A stretch of DNA of 64,000 nt, from positions 1 through 64,000 of the IMG/VR virus record IMGVR_UViG_3300044683_000172; one strand, written 5' to 3'. Positions 18,407 through 27,027 of this stretch are shown one piece after another (the stretch's first letter is position 1; each line of letters opens with the position of its first letter). The notes under the pieces were generated by a model. It was not told where the DNA came from. It saw nothing but the letters and a program-made list of their open reading frames with translations, and did not search any database. A program made the position numbers and the translations under genes. Source of the DNA: a virus.

Positions 18407-18419
18407 CAAGGAGAAGAAC

Positions 18420-18782
18420 ATGGAATACATGGCAAAACGCAAGCCGGAAGAGTTCCGGCCCATCGATGTGACGTTCCGCATCCAGTCGCAAGCGGAGTTG
18501 GACAACTTACAGCGATTCCTAGCGTTTGATGGTACGGTGCCGTCCGCTGTGCGCGAATACGATGTGACGACTGGGGATGATGCTGCTCTGCGCATCCACA
18601 ATAAACGGCACGGCGGACGGCATTCGTCTGACTACGCCGTCTTCGAATACGATGATGATCTGGCTGGGTTCGTTTTTCGATTCATGGGCGGTCTGCGCAA
18701 TGCAGTGGTGGGTGCATTGGTCGATGATTGCGAACAGAACGGAGCGAGTGCCCAAATCGACGGTGCCGGCTTGCTGAAGTGA
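18420..18782 (+). CDS. hypothetical protein
   Basis: RBS aaggagaagaacATG. Confidence 0.45.
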   Translation: MEYMAKRKPEEFRPIDVTFRIQSQAELDNLQRFLAFDGTVPSAVREYDVTTGDDAALRIHNKRHGGRHSSDYAVFEYDDDLAGFVFRFMGGLRNAVVGALVDDCEQNGASAQIDGAGLLK

Positions 18783-18899
18783 ACGTTGATTCGTTCATCT
18801 GCGCCAACTAAGATTCGTCCTGTGCTGCGTTGATACCGGAGTTTGCCGCGCGACGGCTTTGAAGGTGAACCAAACGGCACGGCGCTTGTAGACCGCTTA

Positions 18900-19610
18900 A
18901 AGTCTACAGCCATTTATGGGCGAGTCCTTTATTGGACATCACTTGGAGACATCTAAGTGCCCATAAATGGCGGTCCCGGAAAAACGTATAGTCTGCTGCG
19001 TAGGCGTGCGCTGGTGGACGGCAGTACGGCCGTACGGGATCGCCAACCAGTTCCCAGCGTGGAGCGAACGATAACAGACCGAAAGGCGTCTATGCGCTTC
19101 TGGCGCGGTCTCAAGTCTGGTGCGCTTCATAGGCGAGGGTAGCGATGGCAGGCCGCGAGATAGTCTCCCCGTTTGGCGTCTTACGCACTTTGTGAGTGGC
19201 GCCCTTCGGTGTTCGTCTTTGAGGCGCCTTGCAGTGGCGTAACCCATTCCTCAAGGATGAACACCGAAGTCCTGTACGTCTCAGTGGTAGAGCGCGGTGC
19301 GGTATCCAATCCGTGCTGTGTGTCGTCGGTTCGATTCCGATCATGGACTTCAGCAAGCATATTCCGCTCAATCCCAGAACATCGACGGCGTGCGAGCAGG
19401 TGGCCTAGTCAGCCGCCACAACTGTTTCTCGCGGAAGCGCGTCTAAGGGGTTTGAACTACCGGACGCGGCAGAGAATCGACATGGGAAACCGCCTGAACC
19501 TGTCGGACAAGCCGGTACGTCCCGAGTGGCCGCGGTGAACGGTCAAGCAGCCGGTGAACTCACCCGAAGCCCGCGACACGTTGTGAAACGCTCGCGGGCT
19601 TCGTCATTTC
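18900..19610 (+). other. candidate structured non-coding RNA, tRNA-like element or replication/recombination site within a ~1 kb ORF-free region
   Basis: No credible ORF. 13-bp perfect inverted repeat gccatttatgggc / gcccataaatggc (18909-18921 and 18959-18971). Long-range complement cttcggtgttc / gaacaccgaag (19204-19214 and 19259-19269). tRNA-like D-loop and T-loop strings tctcagtggtagagcgc and gtcggttcgattccgat (19279-19340). GC hairpin gaagcccgcg...cgcgggcttc followed by a T-rich tract at about 19565-19610. Confidence 0.3.
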
Positions 19611-19854
19611 TACGCCAGAAACAATCCCATCGTGAGGCGAGCGTATCGACCAAGAAAATGGCGTTCAAATTCGCGTAATACCCATTACGTTAAATTGCCG
19701 TTCGCTTATCGCACGCCAGAATAGCCTCATTGTTTGAGGTTGCGAAACAATCTCTCATCTCACTTCGGCCCTCAACCATTTGGATGAGTTGCCAATGTGC
19801 ATCTCGTCAGGCATGATTGAGTCACCTAAACGAATCTCATACGGAGATACCGAA

Positions 19855-20370
19855 ATGCGCTACTTCAAGATCGACGGCCACTTCAACGTTGTTGCAATCG
19901 CCGAGTCGATGGACGAAGTCAAGGCCGATCTGGACAACGGCGGCCAATGGGCATTCAGCTGGCAAGGTCAGAAGATGGAGATTCGCAATCTGAAGCCGGA
20001 AGGTGGATGGATGTGCCGTAACGACATCGAATCTTGGGAAGAAGCCCAGGCCATCGCAAGTGCGGCAAACGCCTTCTGCGGATCGCCGGATGCCTGGATT
20101 GCCACCGACGCCGGTGAATGGGTCAGCCCGCGCTACGATGTGATCGAAGCGCCTAAAGTCGGTCAGTTCGTCTCGAAGGGCTTCAATGGCGATTACTACC
20201 CGCTGGGCACGATTACGAAGATCAGCCACGACTTCAAGCGCGTTACGGTCGAAAATGAGAACGGCACCAAATACGTCTTCTATCGCAAGAAGATGAGCGG
20301 TGTTTGGTTGCTGAATCGTATGTGGGGACTGGTATGCGGTAGCGTCAACGAGCGCAACCCGCATCTCTAA
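19855..20370 (+). CDS. hypothetical protein
   Basis: 171-aa ORF, RBS acggagataccgaaATG. Followed by a strong terminator. Confidence 0.5.
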   Translation: MRYFKIDGHFNVVAIAESMDEVKADLDNGGQWAFSWQGQKMEIRNLKPEGGWMCRNDIESWEEAQAIASAANAFCGSPDAWIATDAGEWVSPRYDVIEAPKVGQFVSKGFNGDYYPLGTITKISHDFKRVTVENENGTKYVFYRKKMSGVWLLNRMWGLVCGSVNERNPHL

Positions 20371-20390
20371 TTTCTGACCGATTTAAACAA

Positions 20391-20428
20391 AACGCCCGGC
20401 TCCTGAGTGGAGTTCCGGGCGTTTTCAA
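20391..20428. terminator. rho-independent terminator (aacgcccgg...ccgggcgtt + T-run). Second hairpin taaggccga...tcggcctta at 20451-20490. Bidirectional pair between convergent genes
   Basis: Perfect 9-bp stems followed by TTTTC / TTTCTTTG. Confidence 0.6.
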
Positions 20429-20481
20429 TTTCGGTGTTCTAGCCAATCAATAAGGCCGACCTAGGCAACGGGTCATCGGCC

Positions 20482-21063
20482 TTATTTCTTTGTGTTCTTG
20501 GCACCATCGGACACATATTCGGGCGCGTCTTCGGTCGATTCCTCGTCGCCTTCCGCGATACCGGCAGCCTGCAACGCATCAGAACGGGCCGCTGCCGTCT
20601 CTTCGTCCATCTCAGGGATGGATTCATAGAATGCGTTGAGGTTCTTCACGGCACGTGTTTTTCCGTTCTCATCCACAAAAGTGATGTTAGCCAGAACATT
20701 CAACTCCTTGATAGCCGCGAGTTGAGTGGAGCACTTGACAAATGGATTGTGCACCATTTGCAGAAGCGAATTGATGGACTTCTTTTGGTTCCACAGCTTA
20801 TCCATCGGCATTTCTGCGAGTCGCTGTTGGAATGTGTTTTGGAACCACGGATTCTGCTCGATCTGCTCGGCGTACATCGAAACGTCTTCAGCACGGTAGC
20901 CAGGGCCAAATGCGCGTCGGAATGCGGTGTACGGCGTAAAGCCATCGATGCGATTCTTCACGTATGACTCATATTGAGGCAAGTTTGCGAGAGCCATACG
21001 CTCTTCAGCAAACATCCTCGGGTCATACGGATCGTGCTCGAATTCGCCTGTCGCTTTGCTCAT
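20482..21063 (-). CDS. hypothetical protein (candidate DNA-binding, iteron-binding or small terminase-like; unassigned)
   Basis: 193-aa ORF with acidic C-terminus, transcribed away from the CAACTAT repeat array. Confidence 0.45.
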   Translation of the reverse strand: MSKATGEFEHDPYDPRMFAEERMALANLPQYESYVKNRIDGFTPYTAFRRAFGPGYRAEDVSMYAEQIEQNPWFQNTFQQRLAEMPMDKLWNQKKSINSLLQMVHNPFVKCSTQLAAIKELNVLANITFVDENGKTRAVKNLNAFYESIPEMDEETAAARSDALQAAGIAEGDEESTEDAPEYVSDGAKNTKK

Positions 21064-21249
21064 GATTTTGGTGATGCCGCGTGTTCGGTTGATGCTCGCG
21101 ATTGTATGTGAACGTGTTCGTCAGAGATAGGAGGTGCTTTGGCTGTCTGTTTTGTGTTAGTTGGGATGCTGTGTACGTGCCGATTGTGGTAGTGCTTGGG
21201 TTTGCCGCCCGATAAATCAGAACCACTTGCCTTAATTGTCGGACGGTTT

Positions 21250-21500
21250 GCCGCGCCCAACTATTGGTCGTTCATTGCAACGCCGCGCGGGCATTGGGTT
21301 TGCCGCGAGTCTGTTTCTTCTTAGTTGTATTAATTGTAATAGTTGTATAAGAAAGAAATACGTATAGGCCCGTACATGTACGATCCCGTAAGAGTCTGAC
21401 GACCCACCCAATTATCCAACTTTCGCAACTATTGGACCTAAGTCCTTGATTCGAAAGAAGAAAGATAGTTGGGCGCGGCACAACTATTAGTTGCAACTAT
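21250..21500. repeat. iteron-like array: at least 7 direct and inverted copies of CAACTAT(T)(G/A)G plus a 14-bp inverted repeat ccgcgcccaactat / atagttgggcgcgg
   Basis: CAACTATTGG at 21257 and 21425. CAACTATT at 21480. CAACTAT at 21493. Inverted copies at about 21321, 21338 and 21464. Flanking 14-mers at 21250-21263 and 21464-21477 are reverse complements. Confidence 0.55.
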
Positions 21501-21587
21501 CTCGCGGCAAGTGTCCGCCACAACAATACATACCGCATCGCGAAACGCACAACAACCAAGAAAAGCGCCCGAAGGCGCATTCTTCAC

Positions 21588-23348
21588 TCAAAACCCGCCA
21601 TTGGCAGACGATTTATCATCCTCAGCGGCTTCACCCTTGGCATCAGAATAATCACCTTCCTCATCAGCATCACCAATCTTGGACAAAATCCCCTTGTGCG
21701 GGTCTTCAAATTCCTCAACCGACGACCAATCATAAAAGCGATAAATCTTTCGAGCACCAGTGCCGATCACCGATTTCGCCCCCAAAGAAGCGAAGAAAGA
21801 ATCAACGTGGGACGGAATTGCATCTCGCTTTGATATGGCCAAAAGTCTTTGGTGGAACTCAACAGGCTTAATATCGACCGCAAACCGACCATGATTTTCC
21901 TTGCGGCCGCGCCACAAGTGCTTCTGGCACTTCAACAATGCCGTCACACCATAGGTCGCCAGCATCGAATCTTCCACCGCGCCAGACCCTCGATCCATCT
22001 CGTTCTGAGAGAATTTTTGCACCTCATTCGCCACCTGTCCGACCTCGTGATCGAACGCAGCAACGCCATTTTCCTCAATCCAACGAGCGGCCTCGGCCAA
22101 GCACAGCCACATGTACTCTTCGAAGCGACGATCTTGCGAAACAATCATCTCGCATTGATAAGGCGCTGGCTTCCAAGTTTTCTTGCCGTTCTTATCCGGC
22201 AACTGGCCGCAAAACACAGGATAAAAACGTCGGTTGCCCGTGTCATCTCGCTGAAGCCCCTCATACTTATTACCGTCCATCAAGATGATCCAACGCCGCA
22301 GCATCGTCTGCGATCCTTCGAACTTGAAATCAAAGGTATCTGACGAGTTGGTAACGAACGCCTTGACTCGATTCAAGTCGGCGCGCGTAAAGCCTGTCAT
22401 TTCTGGAATTGCCGCGACTACGCTATTGCCGGTGATCGTTCGAAGAAAGTCGATTCGCCCACCGCTCAGGTCCAGCGGCGTGGGAAACATCTTCTCGTCA
22501 CCCATAATCTCGCGCGTGATTCGAGTTCCGAAATGCGACTTCCCGCAGTTCTGGGCGCCAAATAACGACAAGACGATCCCAGCATTGTGGCCGCCATACA
22601 TCACACGCACGTAAAGCGATGTCCAAAAGTACCATCCCATTCGGCGATTCAGCGGCGTATCGAAGCACTCGAACAAATCCATCATGGACGTTTCGAGACG
22701 ATTCTTGCCGTCCCACTCCGGCAGCAACTTCGATAAACGCTCCTTCAATGGGTCGCGCCGAACGCTAAGCGCCCATTCAGCGAACGCATTTCGAACCGTC
22801 TCAGCGTTCTGTCCAAGCAAGTTCAATTCGCCCATCGCTTGGACTAAAGGCTCAATCGAATATTGCTTGTTGATTGTTTCGCCGTTCTCGTCGTTTCGAT
22901 AGCCGGTGAACTCATTATAGAAAGGTCGATGAGGCGAATCCTTATCCTCACCGAACAATAGCTCAAACGCTTTCCACCGATTGCGGTCGCTGGACATGTT
23001 TATCGTCGTCGGCTTTCCAGCGACGATCTTTTCGGTGTACTCTGGGAACTCGTTCAACCCGCTTTGTCGAATGGCTTTGGCGCGGGCAACCAAGTCCGGA
23101 ATCTCACGGATTTCAGCGAGACGACGTTTTGCTTCATCGCTGGAACGAGCCAACGTAATAACATTTAGCCGCGCTGCGTGTCGCGCTTTTTCTTCTCCGT
23201 CGGCGTCGGCGATTGAATCTGGCGCATCTGTCCAATCATCCGGCGAACTTCTTTCACCATCAGCCAGATCGCTTGGCTCCCAAGGCAGATCAGGAGTATC
23301 GTCACCAGGACTGTCAGGAATGTTGTCATTTTGCTTCTTCTTGGTCAT
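21588..23348 (-). CDS. primase-associated P-loop NTPase / helicase, VirE / D5-like family
   Basis: Walker A FGAQNCGKSHFG. 586 aa. Long acidic N-terminus. Adjacent to a primase-polymerase-like gene and iterons. Confidence 0.7.
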   Translation of the reverse strand: MTKKKQNDNIPDSPGDDTPDLPWEPSDLADGERSSPDDWTDAPDSIADADGEEKARHAARLNVITLARSSDEAKRRLAEIREIPDLVARAKAIRQSGLNEFPEYTEKIVAGKPTTINMSSDRNRWKAFELLFGEDKDSPHRPFYNEFTGYRNDENGETINKQYSIEPLVQAMGELNLLGQNAETVRNAFAEWALSVRRDPLKERLSKLLPEWDGKNRLETSMMDLFECFDTPLNRRMGWYFWTSLYVRVMYGGHNAGIVLSLFGAQNCGKSHFGTRITREIMGDEKMFPTPLDLSGGRIDFLRTITGNSVVAAIPEMTGFTRADLNRVKAFVTNSSDTFDFKFEGSQTMLRRWIILMDGNKYEGLQRDDTGNRRFYPVFCGQLPDKNGKKTWKPAPYQCEMIVSQDRRFEEYMWLCLAEAARWIEENGVAAFDHEVGQVANEVQKFSQNEMDRGSGAVEDSMLATYGVTALLKCQKHLWRGRKENHGRFAVDIKPVEFHQRLLAISKRDAIPSHVDSFFASLGAKSVIGTGARKIYRFYDWSSVEEFEDPHKGILSKIGDADEEGDYSDAKGEAAEDDKSSANGGF

Positions 23349-23375
23349 TGCGATACCTGCTAAGTGATTCGATTA

Positions 23376-23879
23376 TCAAACTTTCGACATGAAGGCGACG
23401 TATTCCACCACCTCATTGGTCAGTTGATCGAAATCACGGAGCAGATGCCCTTTACTGCCAGCGCCCGATTCCAAGACGCTCCGGCGTTGGGCTGCGGCTT
23501 CTCGGTAGAGTTCCGCTTCAATCTTCTCGCGGAAGTACTGAGGATGGGCGCGAAGGATTCCTACTGTGCAAAGATAAGTCAAGCAAGCGAGCGCGACCAT
23601 TGCCTTGAGTTCCTTCGGAAGCTTCACTTTGGGCATCGCGACGCCATTCAGGCCCGTTCCCATGTCGCCCGATCCGTCGAACAGGATGCACACCAGCAAC
23701 TTCGCTCGATATTCATCGGCGAATTCGATGGTGATGTGTGAGATGTTGACGCCGGAATTCCTGCCGACGTGCACGCGTATGGATCCTGCGATTTTGTCCG
23801 GATCGAATGAGAAATTCGGATCGAGATCAGCGCCTGTGGCGATGCGGAATAGTTGGCCATACAATACAGCTGCATTCAT
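23376..23879 (-). CDS. hypothetical protein
   Basis: 167-aa ORF between the primase-like and helicase-like genes. Confidence 0.45.
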   Translation of the reverse strand: MNAAVLYGQLFRIATGADLDPNFSFDPDKIAGSIRVHVGRNSGVNISHITIEFADEYRAKLLVCILFDGSGDMGTGLNGVAMPKVKLPKELKAMVALACLTYLCTVGILRAHPQYFREKIEAELYREAAAQRRSVLESGAGSKGHLLRDFDQLTNEVVEYVAFMSKV

Positions 23880-23903
23880 TGCTTATTCTCCTTGTGAGAA
23901 TGG

Positions 23904-25007
23904 TTATGGTTTGATGAATGGCGGAACGCCGCGTGATGCGTAAAACTCATTGATCTTTTTCAAGTCATCCTCCACGACTGGCAAGACAATCTCGTCCACG
24001 AAGTGGCCCCAAGTCTTCTTGTTGGTCTTCCGGTGGACATCGTGCGCGCAGCCGAAGACGAATTCGATTTCTGCGCCAGGGATGGGACCTCGGAAGTAAG
24101 CGCCGCTCGGATCGCCGTTTCCGTGCTCGTGACCCCAGGGACAAATGATGCGGACCTTCCCAGAACCGTTCTCGCGCACTTCGCCGCCGTTCTCGCCCAT
24201 AGATGCACCAGACAGAATCTTCACCGCCATGTTGTATTGAACTTTCTCGGCGATGTACGAATCCTCGTCGATTGCTCGTTGGACGATGGGCGGAACTGTG
24301 AACGAAAATCCGAACGCGCGGCAGATGCGGTCGATGCTGTAGCGTCGTTCGTAGTCGTGGTCCCGCAACGTAACGCTCCAGGGCTTTCCTGTGTGTTCGT
24401 CCGGGTACTTCAGCGCCGCGCCCGGCTCCGACGATACGCGCTTATTGTTGAAGCCGATGGGCATGCGGCCGAAGCGGCTCACGTCCTTAATCGTGTTGTC
24501 GCCGCCCGCTTTCAGGACGCTGTTGACGAAGGCTTGTAAGAAGTATTTGAACCGGCGCATATCGGGCTCGGGCGCATCGAGAAAGTACCAAGCCTGATAG
24601 TTGCGCGGCGAAGTCTCCACGACTGCGGTGGGAACCAATCTTTCATAGAGCCATCGAAGGCTGAGGCCGCCTTTGGAGCCTTTGCCGTCTCCGATGTCGT
24701 CCACCATGAGCGCCATGCCGTGGCCGAAGGACGATTCGCCGCGCCAGTAGCGCATGACGCCGGATTTGGGGTGAGGGGTTTTAATGCTGGATGAGATGCA
24801 AACGTATGCGTTCGCATTCACATTGATGTACTTGCCGGGCTTGTAGGGTACGGGCCACCATCCGGCGTGCTTAACTTGGCCATTTTCGTCGCGTTGCAGC
24901 GTTGCTTCTTCTGCGTAACCGACCATGACCCGTTCATCTTCTGGAATTCCTCTTTGCAATTGAGTCAGGAATTCCTCTGCGATGTTATATCGCTCTTTCG
25001 GTGTCAT
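23904..25007 (-). CDS. putative primase-polymerase (PrimPol-like) with C-terminal Cys/His zinc cluster
   Basis: MALMVDDIGDG (DxD-type metal site) and VETSPRNYQAWYF motifs resembling archaeo-eukaryotic primase-polymerase domains. C-terminal CPWGHEH...CAHDVH. Confidence 0.5.
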   Translation of the reverse strand: MTPKERYNIAEEFLTQLQRGIPEDERVMVGYAEEATLQRDENGQVKHAGWWPVPYKPGKYINVNANAYVCISSSIKTPHPKSGVMRYWRGESSFGHGMALMVDDIGDGKGSKGGLSLRWLYERLVPTAVVETSPRNYQAWYFLDAPEPDMRRFKYFLQAFVNSVLKAGGDNTIKDVSRFGRMPIGFNNKRVSSEPGAALKYPDEHTGKPWSVTLRDHDYERRYSIDRICRAFGFSFTVPPIVQRAIDEDSYIAEKVQYNMAVKILSGASMGENGGEVRENGSGKVRIICPWGHEHGNGDPSGAYFRGPIPGAEIEFVFGCAHDVHRKTNKKTWGHFVDEIVLPVVEDDLKKINEFYASRGVPPFIKP

Positions 25008-25165
25008 CGCTGTGATGCTCCTGGTGCTGATTGTGGTTGAAACGGGCCGCTAGTATAAGTGGCGCCAGGTGTATCGGGCAATTGGACTAGTCCATGCACG
25101 AGATGTTTGATGTGCGTTTGATAGACGCTTATACTACGCAGACCGATTGACCCAGAAAGGACAGA

Positions 25166-26305
25166 ATGATGAGCGAAGAATATTGCAGCAAGTGTGGCGG
25201 TGAAGGCGTGCCGCCGCCAAAGTACGTCTATAGCGCTGACGGAAAGATTGTCGCTCTGACGAATCCTCTAGACCGCCTGAAATATGAGGCCGATCAGAAA
25301 CAGAACGAGCAAACTGAATCTTCTGGTCTGTCATTCAACGACGCGATTAAGTGGATTGAGAAGCGCGCTGGCGAATATCTCGTTCAGCACTCCTATATTG
25401 ACCCAGACACAGGAGCCGTCGAGTTCGGGACAGGGCGTCATGCCCAAGCCAAACGTGAATACGTTAGCGAGCTGGAAGAGATCATCGAAGGTTTGCGCGC
25501 GCTTGCTCGCACCCATGCTGCGGATGGCAAGAAGATGGGCAATCGGAGTTGCCAAGGTACCGCAGACACGTGCCCGAACGAATGCTCGTCACCGTGCCAA
25601 CCGCAAGCCGCCCAACAGCAAGCCGAGCCGACCACGGGCGAAGAAATCCAAGTCAACGTGTCTGGTGGCGACGTTTACACACTACCGCTTCAGGCGAGTG
25701 GCATGGACAAGCCTCGATTTGTGGTGCATGTGCCGCGCCAACAGCAGGACGAGCCGAAGTGCAAATCCTGCGGCGGTAACAATGCCGACATGCCATGCGC
25801 GTATCCGGAAGGCGGCCAGCCGCATTGCTTGAAGCAGGCCGAGCCGGTTGCGGAAATTCGCCACAGAAACGGCCATCCCTATGCGGCCATGCGCAAAGCC
25901 TATGATGCCAACGGCAACACTCTGGCAGAAGGAACATTGCTTTATCCGGGTGCCCAGCAGGACGAGCCGGGGGCGGATGAGCGCGCGGCGTTTGAGCACG
26001 CAGCGCAGCGCTGGGGCTTCGACTTGTCAGTCTGTAATGGCGTCTACACGGAAAGCAAAACGCACCATGCTTGGTGCATGTGGCAAGTTGCCGCCCAGTC
26101 CGATCACAAAAACGCCCAGAACAACGCCGTCCTTGATCGAATCGCCGGAGCCATCCAAGACGCATTCAAGCGTACCGTCGCCGGCCAGAAGCCTCGTCTT
26201 GCGGACATTTGCTTCAACGACGGCCTCAAATTGGCGCTCAATATCGTTCGCGCCGAATTCAAATCGCAGGAAATCAACGACGCCATGTGCAAGGAGAAGA
26301 AATGA
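25166..26305 (+). CDS. hypothetical Cys-rich protein (several CxxC-like clusters)
   Basis: 379 aa. CSKCGGEG, CQGTADTCPNECSSPC, CKSCGG...C..C clusters. RBS cagaaaggacagaATGATG. Confidence 0.5.
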   Translation: MMSEEYCSKCGGEGVPPPKYVYSADGKIVALTNPLDRLKYEADQKQNEQTESSGLSFNDAIKWIEKRAGEYLVQHSYIDPDTGAVEFGTGRHAQAKREYVSELEEIIEGLRALARTHAADGKKMGNRSCQGTADTCPNECSSPCQPQAAQQQAEPTTGEEIQVNVSGGDVYTLPLQASGMDKPRFVVHVPRQQQDEPKCKSCGGNNADMPCAYPEGGQPHCLKQAEPVAEIRHRNGHPYAAMRKAYDANGNTLAEGTLLYPGAQQDEPGADERAAFEHAAQRWGFDLSVCNGVYTESKTHHAWCMWQVAAQSDHKNAQNNAVLDRIAGAIQDAFKRTVAGQKPRLADICFNDGLKLALNIVRAEFKSQEINDAMCKEKK

Positions 26306-26607
26306 TCAGCCACAAGCAGCCTCGGACGAAGGAAGTCGGTCCGTTTCCTCCAGAGATCAAGCCCGTTCACGTCGGCGTCTATCGAATCTCCAAAGTTGTG
26401 ACATCATCGTCCACGGTGATCCATAAGAAGAATAAACCGGCATTCCGTTGGTGGGACGGCAAAAACTGGGGATGGTCGGCAGCCACTCCGTATGACGCGA
26501 TGCAAAGGTCCGGAAGCGCATCCCATTACCAAGCCGTCGAATGGTACGGTCTCGCGCAAGCACGCGGCGAAGTCAAGAAAATTGCAAAAGGAGCAACAAC
26601 GCTGTGA
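26302..26607 (+). CDS. hypothetical protein
   Basis: ATG overlapping the upstream stop (ATGA). Confidence 0.45.
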   Translation: MISHKQPRTKEVGPFPPEIKPVHVGVYRISKVVTSSSTVIHKKNKPAFRWWDGKNWGWSAATPYDAMQRSGSASHYQAVEWYGLAQARGEVKKIAKGATTL

Positions 26608-26870
26608 CCTATTCTCTCGCTTACACCATCGCCATCTTCCTGATTCTCTTCGTGGCCTTCGCGGTCTATTCATTCGAAGACGAGTGGACGGACGCAAAAT
26701 TCTGGCGACAAGTCGATCCTGATCTCAGTTACTTCAGAGCGCTCATCAACGCTGCCTGCAAGTCGTCTGCCAGCGCGGCAATTGTGTCGACATGCATTTG
26801 CGCGGTAGGGTGGATTGCTATCGGGGCTTTCTTTCTGGTTTTGGCAGCAATTCGAACAATTTGGAGTTGA
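26604..26870 (+). CDS. small membrane protein (two TM helices). Start uncertain (GTG)
   Basis: Hydrophobic stretches IAIFLILFVAFAVY and AVGWIAIGAFFLVLAAI. Confidence 0.35.
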   Translation: MTYSLAYTIAIFLILFVAFAVYSFEDEWTDAKFWRQVDPDLSYFRALINAACKSSASAAIVSTCICAVGWIAIGAFFLVLAAIRTIWS

Positions 26871-26872
26871 TT

Positions 26873-27010
26873 ATGATCAAAAGAAATGGCACATCGATCA
26901 TCTTTGCTTTCTTCGCGCTGATGTCGATCTTTGGTGGTGAAAAGGGCGCTGCGCTCGCATTCTTCTTCTTTTGCGGATTGACTTTGGATTTGAAGAGAGG
27001 GTGTGAGTGA
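26873..27010 (+). CDS. small membrane peptide
   Basis: 45 aa, hydrophobic (IIFAFFALMSIFGG). Confidence 0.3.
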   Translation: MIKRNGTSIIFAFFALMSIFGGEKGAALAFFFFCGLTLDLKRGCE

Positions 27011-27027
27011 AACGAGAAGAGAATGAA

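Noticed and set aside
19265-19350. Possible tRNA gene (acceptor-like gaagtcc/ggacttc pairing, D-loop tctcagtggtagag, T-arm gtcgg-ttcgatt-ccgat)
   Set aside because: Could not fold a canonical cloverleaf: the anticodon arm is unclear, the T-arm and acceptor 3' strand are out of register by 3 nt, and the D-stem is weak. Reported only as a tRNA-like element within a candidate ncRNA region.
20482-21063. Calling this protein the terminase small subunit
   Set aside because: Only positional and size arguments (near a repeat array, acidic tail). Not adjacent to terL and no recognisable TerS motif. Left as hypothetical.
21491-21871. His/Gln-rich ORF (HPQRLHPWHQNNHLPHQHHQ) overlapping the iteron region and helicase 3' end
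   Set aside because: Low-complexity translation across a repeat array and antisense to a well-supported gene. Most likely spurious.
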